From Candidatus Shapirobacteria bacterium (lineage in GTDB: Bacteria; Patescibacteriota; Microgenomatia; UBA12405): a stretch of DNA of 64,000 nucleotides. Location of the stretch: positions 64,693 through 128,692 of the forward strand of contig JAQWFB010000002.1 of NCBI GenBank assembly GCA_028704635.1, in the 5' to 3' direction. Of the stretch, positions 10,138-20,472 are shown piece by piece (the stretch's first letter is position 1; each line of letters begins with the position of its first letter). The notes under the pieces were generated by a model. The model made no database searches and had not been told where the DNA came from. It was given only the letters and a program-made list of their open reading frames with translations. The translations under genes were made by a program, and so were the position numbers.

Positions 10138-11367
10138 TCACTTGTTATGACACACCAAAGTCCTAATTTCTTCGCTTTTAAATATCTCTTTTGCCAAATC
10201 TTTAACCTCTTTAAAAGTCACTTTTTTATACTTCTCCAATTCTTCCTCTATTGTCTCTTCACTGTTTTCCAATAAAATCTTTTGCCCTACAAAACTAGAA
10301 ATAAAACTCGTTCTGTCCATTGCTAATTTAGTCTTACCCAAAAAATAGTCTTTAGCTCTCATTAATTCTTCTTCTTTAATTGATTCTGCAATTTTACCAA
10401 TCTCTTCTCTGACTATTTCCATTGCCTCATTTATTTTTTCCAGATTAACTCCAGACTGAATTGCCCAATAACCACCTTCCTTAAACAATTCTCCAACCGA
10501 CGACACATAATAAGCCAGAGCCTTCTCTTCTCTTATCCTACTATAAAGCCTAGAAGAGCTATTTCCGCCCATTACTATATCTAGTAACCTTAAAGCATGT
10601 TTTCTCTTATCGGACCATCCTAAAGCTGGTAAGCCCATACAAAAATGACCCTGTTCAAGCTCCTTTTTAATTGTCTTGTTTTTTTCTTTATTTAAAATTA
10701 ATTTAACCTCTGGCAAGACCAAATCATTTTTTAAAACACCACTAAAACTATCTTTTATACTTCCTTCTAAGCTTTCATCTACATCTCCACAAACTACTAC
10801 TACCATTTCTTCGGGGTTAAAAAATTTATTTTTATAATCAACAATTGTCTTTCTGTCAACATTCTTTATATCATTAACCTCACCCGCTATATTCCAACAA
10901 CCAATTTTTGAATCTCCATATAAAAAATTAGTAAATTCACCCCCCAATCCCATCATTGGGTTATCTTGATACATTCTGATCTCTTCAATTATTACTCCTC
11001 TTTCTTTTTTTGTTTCTTCTTTGTCATAAATTGAATTTAAAAGTATATCTGAAAGTAATTCTATTGCCCAAGTTGCATTTTCTTTTACTGTAGTCACATA
11101 ATAAGAAGTCATTTCATGCCCTGTCCCAGCATTGTAACCAGCACCCTTCGCATCAATTTCTGTATTAATTTGTTGTGCTGTTGGTCGCTTAACTGTTCCT
11201 TTAAAAGCCATATGCTCCAAAAAATGACTCAATCCAAATTCACCCTTACTTTCATATTTAGAACCTATTTTCAAAAAAACTTCAGTAGTTACCGACTTTA
11301 AACCCGGCAAAGGTACAATTACCCCTCTAATTCCATTATTTAATTTAAAGCTTTTTGTTTTATTCAT
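10138..11367 (-). CDS. M16 family (pitrilysin/insulinase-like) zinc peptidase
   Basis: Inverted zincin motif HFLEH, NAGT, ERGVIIEEI, SSRLY..IREEKALAY. Confidence 0.92.
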   Translation of the reverse strand: MNKTKSFKLNNGIRGVIVPLPGLKSVTTEVFLKIGSKYESKGEFGLSHFLEHMAFKGTVKRPTAQQINTEIDAKGAGYNAGTGHEMTSYYVTTVKENATWAIELLSDILLNSIYDKEETKKERGVIIEEIRMYQDNPMMGLGGEFTNFLYGDSKIGCWNIAGEVNDIKNVDRKTIVDYKNKFFNPEEMVVVVCGDVDESLEGSIKDSFSGVLKNDLVLPEVKLILNKEKNKTIKKELEQGHFCMGLPALGWSDKRKHALRLLDIVMGGNSSSRLYSRIREEKALAYYVSSVGELFKEGGYWAIQSGVNLEKINEAMEIVREEIGKIAESIKEEELMRAKDYFLGKTKLAMDRTSFISSFVGQKILLENSEETIEEELEKYKKVTFKEVKDLAKEIFKSEEIRTLVCHNK

Positions 11368-11431
11368 ACTTTTCCGTCTTTAACTAATCCTCTTTTGATT
11401 AGCAAAAGAAATTAGTTTTTGCTTGATATAT

Positions 11432-13861
11432 TTATAGTTTTACTACAAGATTAACCATCTTACCAGGTATATATATCTCTTTAACTATATCATTTGTGCC
11501 TATCCACTTAATTATTTTCTCGTCTTTTTTAACTAAATCTAAAATTAAATCTTTGTTGTCGATTTTATCGGTCTCTATTTTTAATTCACTCCTTGTTTTA
11601 CCATTTATAGCTATCATTATCATGACTTCCTCTTCAATTAAATATTGAGGGTCAGTCTTTGGCCACTCAGCAACATGAACCGACCCTTCATTTTCCAATT
11701 TATACCATAATTCTTCTGCTATATACGGCGCAAACGGCGCTATTAACTTAACCAAAGTTTTTGTATCTTCCACTCCAATCTTATAACCGGATAAACTATT
11801 TAACAATTCCATCATTTGAGCAATAGCAGTGTTGTATTTGAACTGCTCATTCATCTCCGTAATGTTTTTAATTGTTTTATTTAGTATCACTTTAATTTCT
11901 CTATTTTTAGCAGTCTCACTTTCAGTCTGATTAATTTGTAGTTTAATAAACTGTTCAAATCTATCCAAAAATCTTTTAACTCCCATTAAAGTGTTTTCGT
12001 TCCAAGCCATAGTCGAATCAAATGGACCCATAAACATCATGTACATCCTCACCACATCAACTCCATATTTATCAGCTACTACTTCCGGCACAATCACATT
12101 GCCTTTAGATTTGCTCATTCTTTGATTATCTGGACCTAAAATTACTCCATGGGATAACCTTTTATAATAAGGCTCCGGTTGTTCTTTTGGCACCACTCCC
12201 AAATCCCACAAAAATTTATAAATAAACCGTGAATAAAGCAAATGAAGGACATTGTGTTCATCTCCTCCAATGTAAACATCAACTGGGCACCAATATTTCA
12301 TCAATTCTTGACTAGCTAGAACTGTATCATTATGTGGATCAATATATCTCAAAAAATACCAATCACTACCAGCCCAGTTTGGCATAGTATCTGTTTCTCT
12401 TTCCGCCTCTCCGCCACACTTTGGACATTTAGTTTTTACAAAACTTTCAATTTTTGATAACGGACTTTTACCGTCATCGGTCGGTTCATATGCTCCCACT
12501 TCTGGTAATACAATTGGCAACTGTTCTTCTGATACCGGCACCCAACCACACTCTGGACAATTAACCATTGGTATTGGTTCCCCCCAATAATGCTGTCTGG
12601 AAAATATCCAATCCCTTAAATGATAAGACGATGTTTTTTCTCCAATCCCTTTTTCCGAAATCCACTCAATCATTTTTTTAATTGCTTCTTTTTTATTTAA
12701 ACCATTTAAAAACTCTGAATTTAATACTTTATTATTTTTTTCATCATAGACACTAATTATTTCTAAACCAAATTTTTTAGCAAATTCTTCATCCCTTTCA
12801 TCATGAGCTGGGACGGACATAATTGCTCCAGTTCCATAACTTGCTAAAACAAAATCAGAAATCCAAATTGGAATTTCTTTACCATTAGCTGGATTAATTG
12901 CATATAATCTTGAGAACACTCCGGTTTTATCTTTGGAAAGTTCCGTTCTTTCTAAATCTGATTTTTTTCTTGTTTCACTAATATATTTTTTAATTTCTTC
13001 ATTATTTTTTGCCATTTCCAATGCTAATTCATGTTCTGGTGCTATCACCATAAACGTGGCTCCAAACAACGTATCCGGTCTAGTTGTAAACACCTCAAGA
13101 TAATCTGTAGAGACGCCATGCATGGCGTCTCTACTACTTGATGAACTTGACAAACTTTTAACTTTAAACTTTATTTTGGCTCCTTCTGATTTTCCAATCC
13201 AATTAATCTGAGCTTGTTTTACTTTTTCAATAAAATTAGTTTTTTCTAACCCCTCAATTAATTTATCAGCATATTCTGTTATTCTAACCACCCATTGGGA
13301 AATATTTCTTCGGCTCACTTCTGATCCACATCTCTCACATTTTCCATCCACCACTTCTTCATTTGCTAAACCAATCTTACAACTCGGACACCAATTAATC
13401 GGCATTTCTTTTTTATATGCCAACCCCTTATTAAATAGTTGAATAAAAATCCATTGAGTCCATTTATAATAACTCGGATCAGTTGTATTCACTTCCCGAC
13501 TCCAATCAAACGAAAAAGCCAAATCCTTCATCTGTTTTCTAAACATATCTGTATTCTCTTTAGTTACTTCTTGCGGTTTTCTTTTCATCTTAATTGCATA
13601 ATTTTCTGTCGGCAATCCAAACGCATCCCAGCCCATTGGAAATAAAACATTTTCTCCTTGCATTCTTTTAAACCGGGCATAAACATCTCCCCCTGTAAAA
13701 CTAAAAGCATGACCCACATGAAGACCACTGCCACTTGGATATGGAAATTCAACTAAAATATATTTCTTATTTTTTTCGGAATCATTATCTGCCTGATAAA
13801 GCTCAGAGTGTTCTTCCCAAAATTTCCCCCATTTATTTTCTATTTCCCTAAAATTTTCCAT
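11432..13861 (-). CDS. leuS: Leucine--tRNA ligase
   Basis: FPYPSGSGLHVGH (HIGH), GWDAFGLP, VFTTRPDT editing domain, RMSKSKGN (KMSKS). Confidence 0.97.
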   Translation of the reverse strand: MENFREIENKWGKFWEEHSELYQADNDSEKNKKYILVEFPYPSGSGLHVGHAFSFTGGDVYARFKRMQGENVLFPMGWDAFGLPTENYAIKMKRKPQEVTKENTDMFRKQMKDLAFSFDWSREVNTTDPSYYKWTQWIFIQLFNKGLAYKKEMPINWCPSCKIGLANEEVVDGKCERCGSEVSRRNISQWVVRITEYADKLIEGLEKTNFIEKVKQAQINWIGKSEGAKIKFKVKSLSSSSSSRDAMHGVSTDYLEVFTTRPDTLFGATFMVIAPEHELALEMAKNNEEIKKYISETRKKSDLERTELSKDKTGVFSRLYAINPANGKEIPIWISDFVLASYGTGAIMSVPAHDERDEEFAKKFGLEIISVYDEKNNKVLNSEFLNGLNKKEAIKKMIEWISEKGIGEKTSSYHLRDWIFSRQHYWGEPIPMVNCPECGWVPVSEEQLPIVLPEVGAYEPTDDGKSPLSKIESFVKTKCPKCGGEAERETDTMPNWAGSDWYFLRYIDPHNDTVLASQELMKYWCPVDVYIGGDEHNVLHLLYSRFIYKFLWDLGVVPKEQPEPYYKRLSHGVILGPDNQRMSKSKGNVIVPEVVADKYGVDVVRMYMMFMGPFDSTMAWNENTLMGVKRFLDRFEQFIKLQINQTESETAKNREIKVILNKTIKNITEMNEQFKYNTAIAQMMELLNSLSGYKIGVEDTKTLVKLIAPFAPYIAEELWYKLENEGSVHVAEWPKTDPQYLIEEEVMIMIAINGKTRSELKIETDKIDNKDLILDLVKKDEKIIKWIGTNDIVKEIYIPGKMVNLVVKL
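13107..13134. repeat. GTAG-type REP inserted in frame within leuS
   Basis: gtagagacgccatgcatggcgtctctac is a perfect palindrome translated as ..SRDAMHGVST.. just before the FTTRPDT motif. Confidence 0.85.
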
Positions 13862-13914
13862 AGATTATTTTACTACAAAAAATTTTTTTTAATGATACTA
13901 TCATAATAGTATCC

Positions 13915-14913
13915 ATGTCTTTACCAACTAAAAAAATAATTATCACCTCTTCGGTTGTTTTGGCAAGTTTTGTAATAGGTGTTATTGCTTCACCTTATAT
14001 CCTCACTTCAACTCCACAATTAAGTAAAGAAATACGCAAAAACTTCAACTATCAATTTATAAACCCTTTATTAGAATGCGAAAGTTCGACTATCAGCCAA
14101 GATCCAAATTTAACCTCATTAAAACAATCTATTCAGTTTATTATCGATCAGGAAGTTAATAACAAAAAAATTTCATTTGGATCAGTTTACTATCGCGATT
14201 TAAATAATGGACCTTGGATTGGCATTAATGCTAATGAATATTTTTCTCCAGCCAGTCTCATTAAAGTACCAGTTATGATGGCCTATTTCAAAGCTGCTGA
14301 AAATGATTCCTCCATTCTAACTAAAAAAATTATTAACAATAAAACTTTTGACTACAGTCAACAAAACATTACTCCTACTCAAACTTTAGAAATAGATAAA
14401 GAATATACTATCGAAGATTTAATTGAACGTATGATTATTTACTCTGACAATGCCGCTTACGAATTACTTCTAGATAATATTGACAATATGAAAATTTATA
14501 AAGTCTATCAAGATCTCGATGTTGATATTTCCAAAGCCCAAAACGATCCCAACGGCGACATTATTACTGTCAAAGATTATGCCTCTTTCTTCCGTATTCT
14601 ATTCAATGCCTCATATTTAGACCAAGGCATGTCTGAAAAAGCTCTTACTCTTTTAAGTAAAAGTCAATACTATAAAGGTCTAGTCGCTGGCGTTCCTGAA
14701 AATATTACCATTGCTCATAAATTTGGCGAACGTCAATTTTTACCTAGTCATGAAAAACAACTTCATGATTGTGGTATTATTTATCTTCCAAACAAACCTT
14801 ATCTTCTTTGCATCATGAGCCGTGCTGATGATTTTGATCAAGCCGCTGGTTTTATTAAGCAAGTTTCAAAAGTTGTCTATGATGAAGTTTCTAAAAATGC
14901 AAATCCGCAGTAG
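13915..14913 (+). CDS. Class A beta-lactamase-fold serine hydrolase, membrane-anchored
   Basis: SxxK (ASLIK), SDN and HKFG (KTG variant) motifs; N-terminal TM. Confidence 0.85.
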   Translation: MSLPTKKIIITSSVVLASFVIGVIASPYILTSTPQLSKEIRKNFNYQFINPLLECESSTISQDPNLTSLKQSIQFIIDQEVNNKKISFGSVYYRDLNNGPWIGINANEYFSPASLIKVPVMMAYFKAAENDSSILTKKIINNKTFDYSQQNITPTQTLEIDKEYTIEDLIERMIIYSDNAAYELLLDNIDNMKIYKVYQDLDVDISKAQNDPNGDIITVKDYASFFRILFNASYLDQGMSEKALTLLSKSQYYKGLVAGVPENITIAHKFGERQFLPSHEKQLHDCGIIYLPNKPYLLCIMSRADDFDQAAGFIKQVSKVVYDEVSKNANPQ

Positions 14914-15664
14914 AAATTTCTCCATTCAGGTCAGTTCTCCAAATTTCAACTCCTTTCTCTTTTAGTTTATTTAACACTTCTTTTGTTGGATGACCAAATT
15001 TATTTTTTGCTCCCACACTAATCACTGCTATTTTCGGTTTTAATAACTCTAACAATTCTTTACTTGTCCCATTTTTTGATCCATGATGACTCACCTTTAA
15101 AATATTTACCGTTCCGGAATCTTGACGAAGAACGGTTTGCCAAACTAATCTTTGTTCTGTTTCTAAATCAATATCCGCCGCCATAAAAACTTTAATTTCT
15201 TTTTTTAATTTAGTGTCATAAAATTTTAAAATACCCGCAATCGCATTTTCATTATTATCTTTCTCTTCTTTTACTTTTTCTCTCGGATTGACCACCTCAA
15301 ATTCCATCCAATTAGTCTTAATTAAATCAAATTGACTCACTTTTTTTGAATCAATTATTTGTTCAATTTGATAAAATTTAGACACATCTGTTAACCCTCC
15401 ACTATGATCATTATCCCCATGAGTAATCATTACCACTTCAATTTTTTTATCCCAAAATGGCACATTTTTTTCCAAACAAGTTAATACTCTTTTATTATTC
15501 GGACCCGTATCAATTAACATCTGCCAGTTTTTATAAGTCACCAAAGTTGCATCCCCTTGCCCCACATCACAAAAAATCACATTCACTTTTTGCGACGGCA
15601 ACGTCAACCAAAATATCACTACCAAAGCCATTAATGACAAAAATAAAATAATTCTAATTTTCAT
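14891..15664 (-). CDS. ComEC-type metallo-beta-lactamase-fold protein (stand-alone ComEC C-terminal domain)
   Basis: DVGQGDA, LIDTG, THGDNDH, LKVSHHGS, ISVG..N.FGHP, RTDLNG. Confidence 0.9.
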   Translation of the reverse strand: MKIRIILFLSLMALVVIFWLTLPSQKVNVIFCDVGQGDATLVTYKNWQMLIDTGPNNKRVLTCLEKNVPFWDKKIEVVMITHGDNDHSGGLTDVSKFYQIEQIIDSKKVSQFDLIKTNWMEFEVVNPREKVKEEKDNNENAIAGILKFYDTKLKKEIKVFMAADIDLETEQRLVWQTVLRQDSGTVNILKVSHHGSKNGTSKELLELLKPKIAVISVGAKNKFGHPTKEVLNKLKEKGVEIWRTDLNGEISTADLHF

Positions 15665-15760
15665 AAATTATATTTGGCGAGATTGTATTTTTCCGCGCGC
15701 AACATCCGAGGTGCACTACCGAAGGGCGTGAGCACGGCAAAAATATTATCGAGCCAATAA

Positions 15761-16756
15761 TCATAATTCGTGACGAGAATTTTTAAACAAAAAATAAATT
15801 AATAACAAATACCAACCAATCAACCAAATCCAATTAAATTTTATTTCCACACTCGCCCAAGATAAATTCCCTAATCCCTCTACTATTAATAGTATGTACT
15901 TCAACAAAGGAAAACTTAGCCACAAAATTATCTTTCCCAAAACCGGCACGATTAATCCCAATACACCTCCCAATACCCCCAATATTGTGATTATCTCTAT
16001 TAAAAATAAAATTAAAAAATTAGTTATTGGCGCCACCAAACTCATTTTTCCAAACAACATTACTAAAATTGGCAACAGCCATAAACTCACCCAAAACGAA
16101 TTCCATAAATCACTCCACCATTTTCTTTCTTTTCGAAAATTTAAAACCACCGCTCCAAACGCCACAAAACTCAAATAAAAACTGGCACTAAACAACACCC
16201 GATAATCAGCCAAAACCATAATTAAAATTATTAAAATTACAGCCCGCCCTAAATCAAATTTTCTTCCCAACAATTGAGCCCAATAAAACAAACTCATTAA
16301 TAAAAAAGCTCTCACTGCTGGTATTTCAAATCCCACCCAGTTCATATAAATCAAAATCATTCCAAATCCAAAAATAATCGCTTTCTTTCTACCCGTCCAA
16401 CTCGCCAATCTCTCCACTAATCCTCGGAACACTAAAACAATATTTGTTCCACTCACCACCATAATATGAATCACTCCACTATCTCTAAAATTTGCAATCA
16501 TATTTTTATCAAAATTATTTTGATCACCAAACACCATCCCTGCCATTAACGCCGCCTCTCTCGGCGGCAAATTTTTAAAAATCACCCCAATCAAACTATC
16601 TTTATCTATAAACTTATAAATCAAAATAAAACATAAAATAAATAGGGCAGGCACAAGACCTGCCCCTACTTTTTGTAAGGGCGACTCTTGTGGTCGCCCC
16701 TTCATCAAATCATAATTGGATATCATTCTTAATTTTTTCAAACATCTTATCCCCAA
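15761..16756 (-). CDS. comEC: ComEC/Rec2 competence membrane domain protein (likely start at 16705)
   Basis: FRDSGVIHIMVVSGTN, PAVRA and SFYLSF motifs; multiple TMs; directly downstream of comEA. Confidence 0.88.
   Translation of the reverse strand: MGIRCLKKLRMISNYDLMKGRPQESPLQKVGAGLVPALFILCFILIYKFIDKDSLIGVIFKNLPPREAALMAGMVFGDQNNFDKNMIANFRDSGVIHIMVVSGTNIVLVFRGLVERLASWTGRKKAIIFGFGMILIYMNWVGFEIPAVRAFLLMSLFYWAQLLGRKFDLGRAVILIILIMVLADYRVLFSASFYLSFVAFGAVVLNFRKERKWWSDLWNSFWVSLWLLPILVMLFGKMSLVAPITNFLILFLIEIITILGVLGGVLGLIVPVLGKIILWLSFPLLKYILLIVEGLGNLSWASVEIKFNWIWLIGWYLLLIYFLFKNSRHEL
16644..16700. repeat. Two adjacent GTAG-type REPs encoding the ComEC N-terminus
   Basis: agggcaggcacaagacctgcccctac (16644-16669) and gtaagggcgactcttgtggtcgccc (16675-16699); translated as KGRPQESPLQKVGAGLVPAL. 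Confidence 0.75.
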
Positions 16757-17318
16757 TTCCCGGCACTAATTTAATTTCTTCAATACTTTTAAATCCCCCA
16801 TTTTCAGTCCGATAATCAATAATTCTTTGAGCAATCGATGGACCGACTCCATTTAATGCATCCAAATCTTCCAAACTTGCCGTGTTTATTCGAATTATGT
16901 TTTTGGTTGTACTTACCCCCAATATCACTTTTTCATCATCAACAACATTGGGAATATAAATTTTCTGACCATCATAAAGTTTTTCCGCTCTATTTAAATT
17001 TTTATCTATCCAAGTTAAATTAGCCTTGCTCCCTAAACCTCCCGCCATCGCAATCGCATCATCTAAAATTGCTCCATTTTCTAATTTATATACCCCTGGA
17101 TTTACCACCTCACCCGATATATCAATCGTTACCTCATTATTAATTTGTGTATCATTTTTCTCCGTTGACCCAACATTATTTGACACTATTTCTGTTTTAC
17201 CTTTTTCCATAAATTGATCTCTAAAATTTATTCCAATTCCTAAAATAACCAACAAAAAACCCAATACTAATAACCCATCAACTATTTTTAAATTCTGTAT
17301 ATTTTTTAACAAATCCAC
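16710..17318 (-). CDS. comEA: Competence DNA-binding protein ComEA
   Basis: TM, SLBB domain (DISGEVVNPGVY), HhH motifs INTASLEDL..LNGVGPSIAQRII..VPGIG. Confidence 0.93.
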   Translation of the reverse strand: MDLLKNIQNLKIVDGLLVLGFLLVILGIGINFRDQFMEKGKTEIVSNNVGSTEKNDTQINNEVTIDISGEVVNPGVYKLENGAILDDAIAMAGGLGSKANLTWIDKNLNRAEKLYDGQKIYIPNVVDDEKVILGVSTTKNIIRINTASLEDLDALNGVGPSIAQRIIDYRTENGGFKSIEEIKLVPGIGDKMFEKIKNDIQL

Positions 17319-17428
17319 TCACCAACAATATCTACCTTTTATTAAAAAAAAATAAAAAAGTTATGTTAAAATACACCAATTGTTCAAAAGCGAACCTTAA
17401 AAACCAAAAAAGAAAGGAGATTTTAGAA

Positions 17429-17719
17429 ATGGCACAAAAAGTATTTATTATTTATCTCTCAAAAAACCATACCCCACTCGCATTTTCAGAAATAATTCAA
17501 CCAACAAATTCTTATGAAGAGAAAATTGCAAATATCAAAAATTTTCTTGAAAAAGAAAATCTCGATATTAAACAAGTTAAAGGATGTTCAAATATATCTG
17601 GAGCAATAGAAGCGTTTTCTATGGTTACTTTAGATTATATTGAGTTCTACAATATAACCAGTAATAGTGGTTTTTGTTCACCTTTTACCATTTGGAAATA
17701 TTTTGAATATCGAGAGTGA
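17429..17719 (+). CDS. Hypothetical protein, paralog 1 of a tandem pair (start moved to ATG 17429 after AAGGAG)
   Basis: Strong RBS; shares EKI.NIKNFL.K..LDI with the downstream ORF. Confidence 0.65.
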   Translation: MAQKVFIIYLSKNHTPLAFSEIIQPTNSYEEKIANIKNFLEKENLDIKQVKGCSNISGAIEAFSMVTLDYIEFYNITSNSGFCSPFTIWKYFEYRE

Positions 17720-17756
17720 ACTCAAAAAAACAATAATGAAAGGAGTGAGTATAGTG

Positions 17757-18053
17757 ATGGACATAATTAATAAACTTTTTATTACCGTCTTTTATCCAGA
17801 AGACTCTATCCCTACTGGTTTTACGGAAGTAACCAAACCAGAAAATTTTTCTGTTGATGAAAAAATCGAAAATATCAAAAATTTTCTCGGCAAAACAGAA
17901 CTCGACATCAGATCATTTGATGACAAAGGTTTCACCCTTATAATTCTAAGCGGCGAGGATTTTGTCAACATTATCAATAACAGTACAACGATATGTAACA
18001 ATTTTTTTCAGCCTTGGCATATGTTCCCATCTAAAATAAACCTGGCAAAATAA
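17757..18053 (+). CDS. Hypothetical protein, paralog 2 of a tandem pair (start moved to ATG 17757 after AAGGAG)
   Basis: RBS; similar to the upstream ORF; followed by a terminator. Confidence 0.65.
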   Translation: MDIINKLFITVFYPEDSIPTGFTEVTKPENFSVDEKIENIKNFLGKTELDIRSFDDKGFTLIILSGEDFVNIINNSTTICNNFFQPWHMFPSKINLAK

Positions 18054-18068
18054 ACCATCAATTATATT

Positions 18069-18110
18069 GGCCTCAACGGTAATCAATAAACACCGTTGGG
18101 GCTTTTTCTT
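18069..18110 (+). terminator. Rho-independent terminator
   Basis: ggcctcaacggt...accgttggggct followed by ttttctt. Confidence 0.75.
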
Positions 18111-18156
18111 GTCCAAAAACTTGATACTTTCTATAAAATAACCGATACTATTAATA

Positions 18157-18798
18157 ATGCCTCAAATAATTAGTATTATTTTATTCTTTTTGGTTTCTGT
18201 TTTTTCCTTTCTCTTTTCCATTTCCAATTACCTTTATTTCGCCCCTCAATTAATTGCTATCACTTCCATCGCTATTTTAATTCTTTATTTCACTAAAAAA
18301 ACCTTTTCTCTCCACTTAGTTGCTCTTCTAATTAATATCATCATCTTCTCTACTAATGGTCTTAATTCTCCTTTTTTCTTTCTTATCTATTTCTTTCTCT
18401 TTATTATTGCCTTTCAAAATCCTTCCTCCTCAACTTTAACTTATTCTCTTTTTCTAGTTCTAATACTATCACAATCACTCAATTCCTTTAATTCTGTTAT
18501 TACCCTTTCTTCTTTATTACTTATAACTCCACTGGCCTGGTTTATGGGTAAACAATTTTCTGAAAAAACCAAAAATGAAGAAATTATTACCGAAGATGAA
18601 ACTGATGTTTTACTTTGGCATTCTCTTAAATTAAAAACCGGTCTTTATCAAATTATCGATTCCAGTTCTGAAATTTTATCGACCCCTCTTACTCCCACCC
18701 AAAAAAACCAAATTCATAAAATTAAAGAATCAGCTAAATCACTTCTACATTCTTCCGATAAATTAACTGCATCAATCGACAATGAATCAGATGACTAA
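18157..18798 (+). CDS. Multi-pass membrane protein with a degenerate HisKA-like C-terminal helical hairpin
   Basis: About 5 TMs, then SLKLKTGLYQIIDSSSEILS..LTPTQKNQIHKIKESAKSLL; no HATPase domain. Confidence 0.6.
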   Translation: MPQIISIILFFLVSVFSFLFSISNYLYFAPQLIAITSIAILILYFTKKTFSLHLVALLINIIIFSTNGLNSPFFFLIYFFLFIIAFQNPSSSTLTYSLFLVLILSQSLNSFNSVITLSSLLLITPLAWFMGKQFSEKTKNEEIITEDETDVLLWHSLKLKTGLYQIIDSSSEILSTPLTPTQKNQIHKIKESAKSLLHSSDKLTASIDNESDD

Positions 18799-19603
18799 AC
18801 CCCCTTCCACTTCGTGGCATTCCCCCTCAACGAGGGGGAAAATCTTATCCTCTTTTTTTAAGGGAGGAAGTTTCGCAATTACGAAACAGGTGGGTTTGTT
18901 CATTATTTTTTTACTTACGATCTACTATCTACGACCTAACACCTCACTTGCCCAAACTTTTGATTCCGCCAGTTACCATATCGATTTTGGTAATTTCAAT
19001 ATGACCTCCGGCAGAAAAACTTCTACTAATTACACCCTCACCGACACCGTTGGTCAAAATGCCCCAGGTCGATATGACAATGTTGGTTATGTTCTTAAAG
19101 CTGGTTTTCAGTATCTTTATGAAAGCGGTATTCCTTTGTCTTTTGAAATTAGTAACACTGATTTAAATTTTGGCTCCCTTACTCCTAATATTGGCTCAAC
19201 TGTTACGAATACTTTAACCATCAGTACTCCAACCGGACACGGTTATGATGTTCTTGCCATTGCTAACCACCCTTTAAAATCTCTTGGAAATACTATTCCC
19301 GATACTAAATGTGATTCTAGTTCTTGTTCTGAATCTGTTTCTGGAGTTTGGACCAATAATTCCACTTACGGCTTTGGTTTTAATGCTAATGGTGATGGCA
19401 CTTCCAGTTACTTCACTAATACCACTTACTTCCGTCAATTTGCTGACAATTCTTCCGGCGAAACTGCCAAAATTTTAATGTCTGAACCAACTCGAGTCAA
19501 AGATCATTCCTCTCTCATCACTTATAAAATAAATATTTCTCCCCTCCAAGCCGCCGGTACTTATGAAAATTCTATTAATTTTATTGCTGTTCCTAAATAT
19601 TAA
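18782..19603 (+). CDS. Secreted pilin/WxL-like beta-sandwich protein
   Basis: Signal peptide (..TSLA|QT), LNFGSLTP, C-terminal YKINISPLQAAGTYENSINFIAVPKY; paralog of 23770..25179. Confidence 0.6.
   Translation: MNQMTKPPSTSWHSPSTRGKILSSFFKGGSFAITKQVGLFIIFLLTIYYLRPNTSLAQTFDSASYHIDFGNFNMTSGRKTSTNYTLTDTVGQNAPGRYDNVGYVLKAGFQYLYESGIPLSFEISNTDLNFGSLTPNIGSTVTNTLTISTPTGHGYDVLAIANHPLKSLGNTIPDTKCDSSSCSESVSGVWTNNSTYGFGFNANGDGTSSYFTNTTYFRQFADNSSGETAKILMSEPTRVKDHSSLITYKINISPLQAAGTYENSINFIAVPKY
18797..18897. repeat. Inverted pair of family-2 (DUF559-associated) palindromes inside the 5' end of the 18782 ORF
   Basis: aaacccc..ttccccctcaacgagggggaa, then tcctctttttttaagggagg..caggtgggttt. Confidence 0.6.
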
Positions 19604-19608
19604 CCTCT

Positions 19609-20472
19609 ATGCCCAACTTTAATCTAACTCTCTCTCCAGCTCAAATCGAATTTGTTTTAAAACCAGGAGTCACTATTATTCAAGCCTATAATGTCATCAA
19701 CGATTCTGGTTCATCAATTACCCTCAACACTGAAGTTTTACCCTGGATTCCCAGCGGCACCAACGGCTCTGTTAATTATAATCAAGCCGTCAATAACTCC
19801 AATATTGAATTTTCCCTTAACAATGCCAATATCCAACTCGGTCAACCCTTTACTTTAGCCGCTAATTCTAAACAACAATTAGTTTTAAAAATCAAAACTA
19901 ATTCAACAATACCACTGTCCGATAATTATTACACCTTTTTCGTTTTTCAAGATCAAAATATCACTACCGCTTCCAAGGATAACTTTAGCCAAGCTAGCGG
20001 TAAAATTGGCTCCCATCTTTTATTGACTGTTTCTGACACCGAAAACCCAAAAGTCGCCTCTGAAATTCAATCTTTTTCCATTTCTCCAAAAATCAAAGAT
20101 ATCTTTTTTAATCCCATCACTTTTGAAGGAAAAATAAAAAATAATTCCGATTTCTTTTTTAAGACTAACGGTAAAATTACCATCACTAAAAATGACCAAA
20201 TTATTAAAGAATTAGAACTAAGCCCTGATAATGTTTTAAACCATCACAGTCGAGATATTTTCTGTACTGATCAAACCACCTGTCAAATAAACCCACCTTT
20301 TTGGCCCGGTCATTATAAAGTTACTGCCACTCTCGATTCCTCTCTCAATGCCAAATCATATGAAACTTCATTTTACGTTTTGCCAATTTCTCCTGTTTTA
20401 TTTATATTACTCGTCGTCGGCCTGATTTTCGGGGTCAGAAAATTCAAATCAAAACCAATTCCTAAAATTTAA
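19609..20472 (+). CDS. DUF916/WxL-interacting-like protein with C-terminal TM anchor
   Basis: LSPAQIEFVLKPG, KIKNNSDFFFKTNGKITI, GHYKVTATL, C-terminal TM; paralog of 25194..26192. Confidence 0.6.
   Translation: MPNFNLTLSPAQIEFVLKPGVTIIQAYNVINDSGSSITLNTEVLPWIPSGTNGSVNYNQAVNNSNIEFSLNNANIQLGQPFTLAANSKQQLVLKIKTNSTIPLSDNYYTFFVFQDQNITTASKDNFSQASGKIGSHLLLTVSDTENPKVASEIQSFSISPKIKDIFFNPITFEGKIKNNSDFFFKTNGKITITKNDQIIKELELSPDNVLNHHSRDIFCTDQTTCQINPPFWPGHYKVTATLDSSLNAKSYETSFYVLPISPVLFILLVVGLIFGVRKFKSKPIPKI

Noticed and set aside
13915-14913. Bona fide antibiotic-resistance beta-lactamase
   Set aside because: Only the fold motifs are visible (HKFG variant, membrane anchor); a cell-wall peptidase role is equally plausible.
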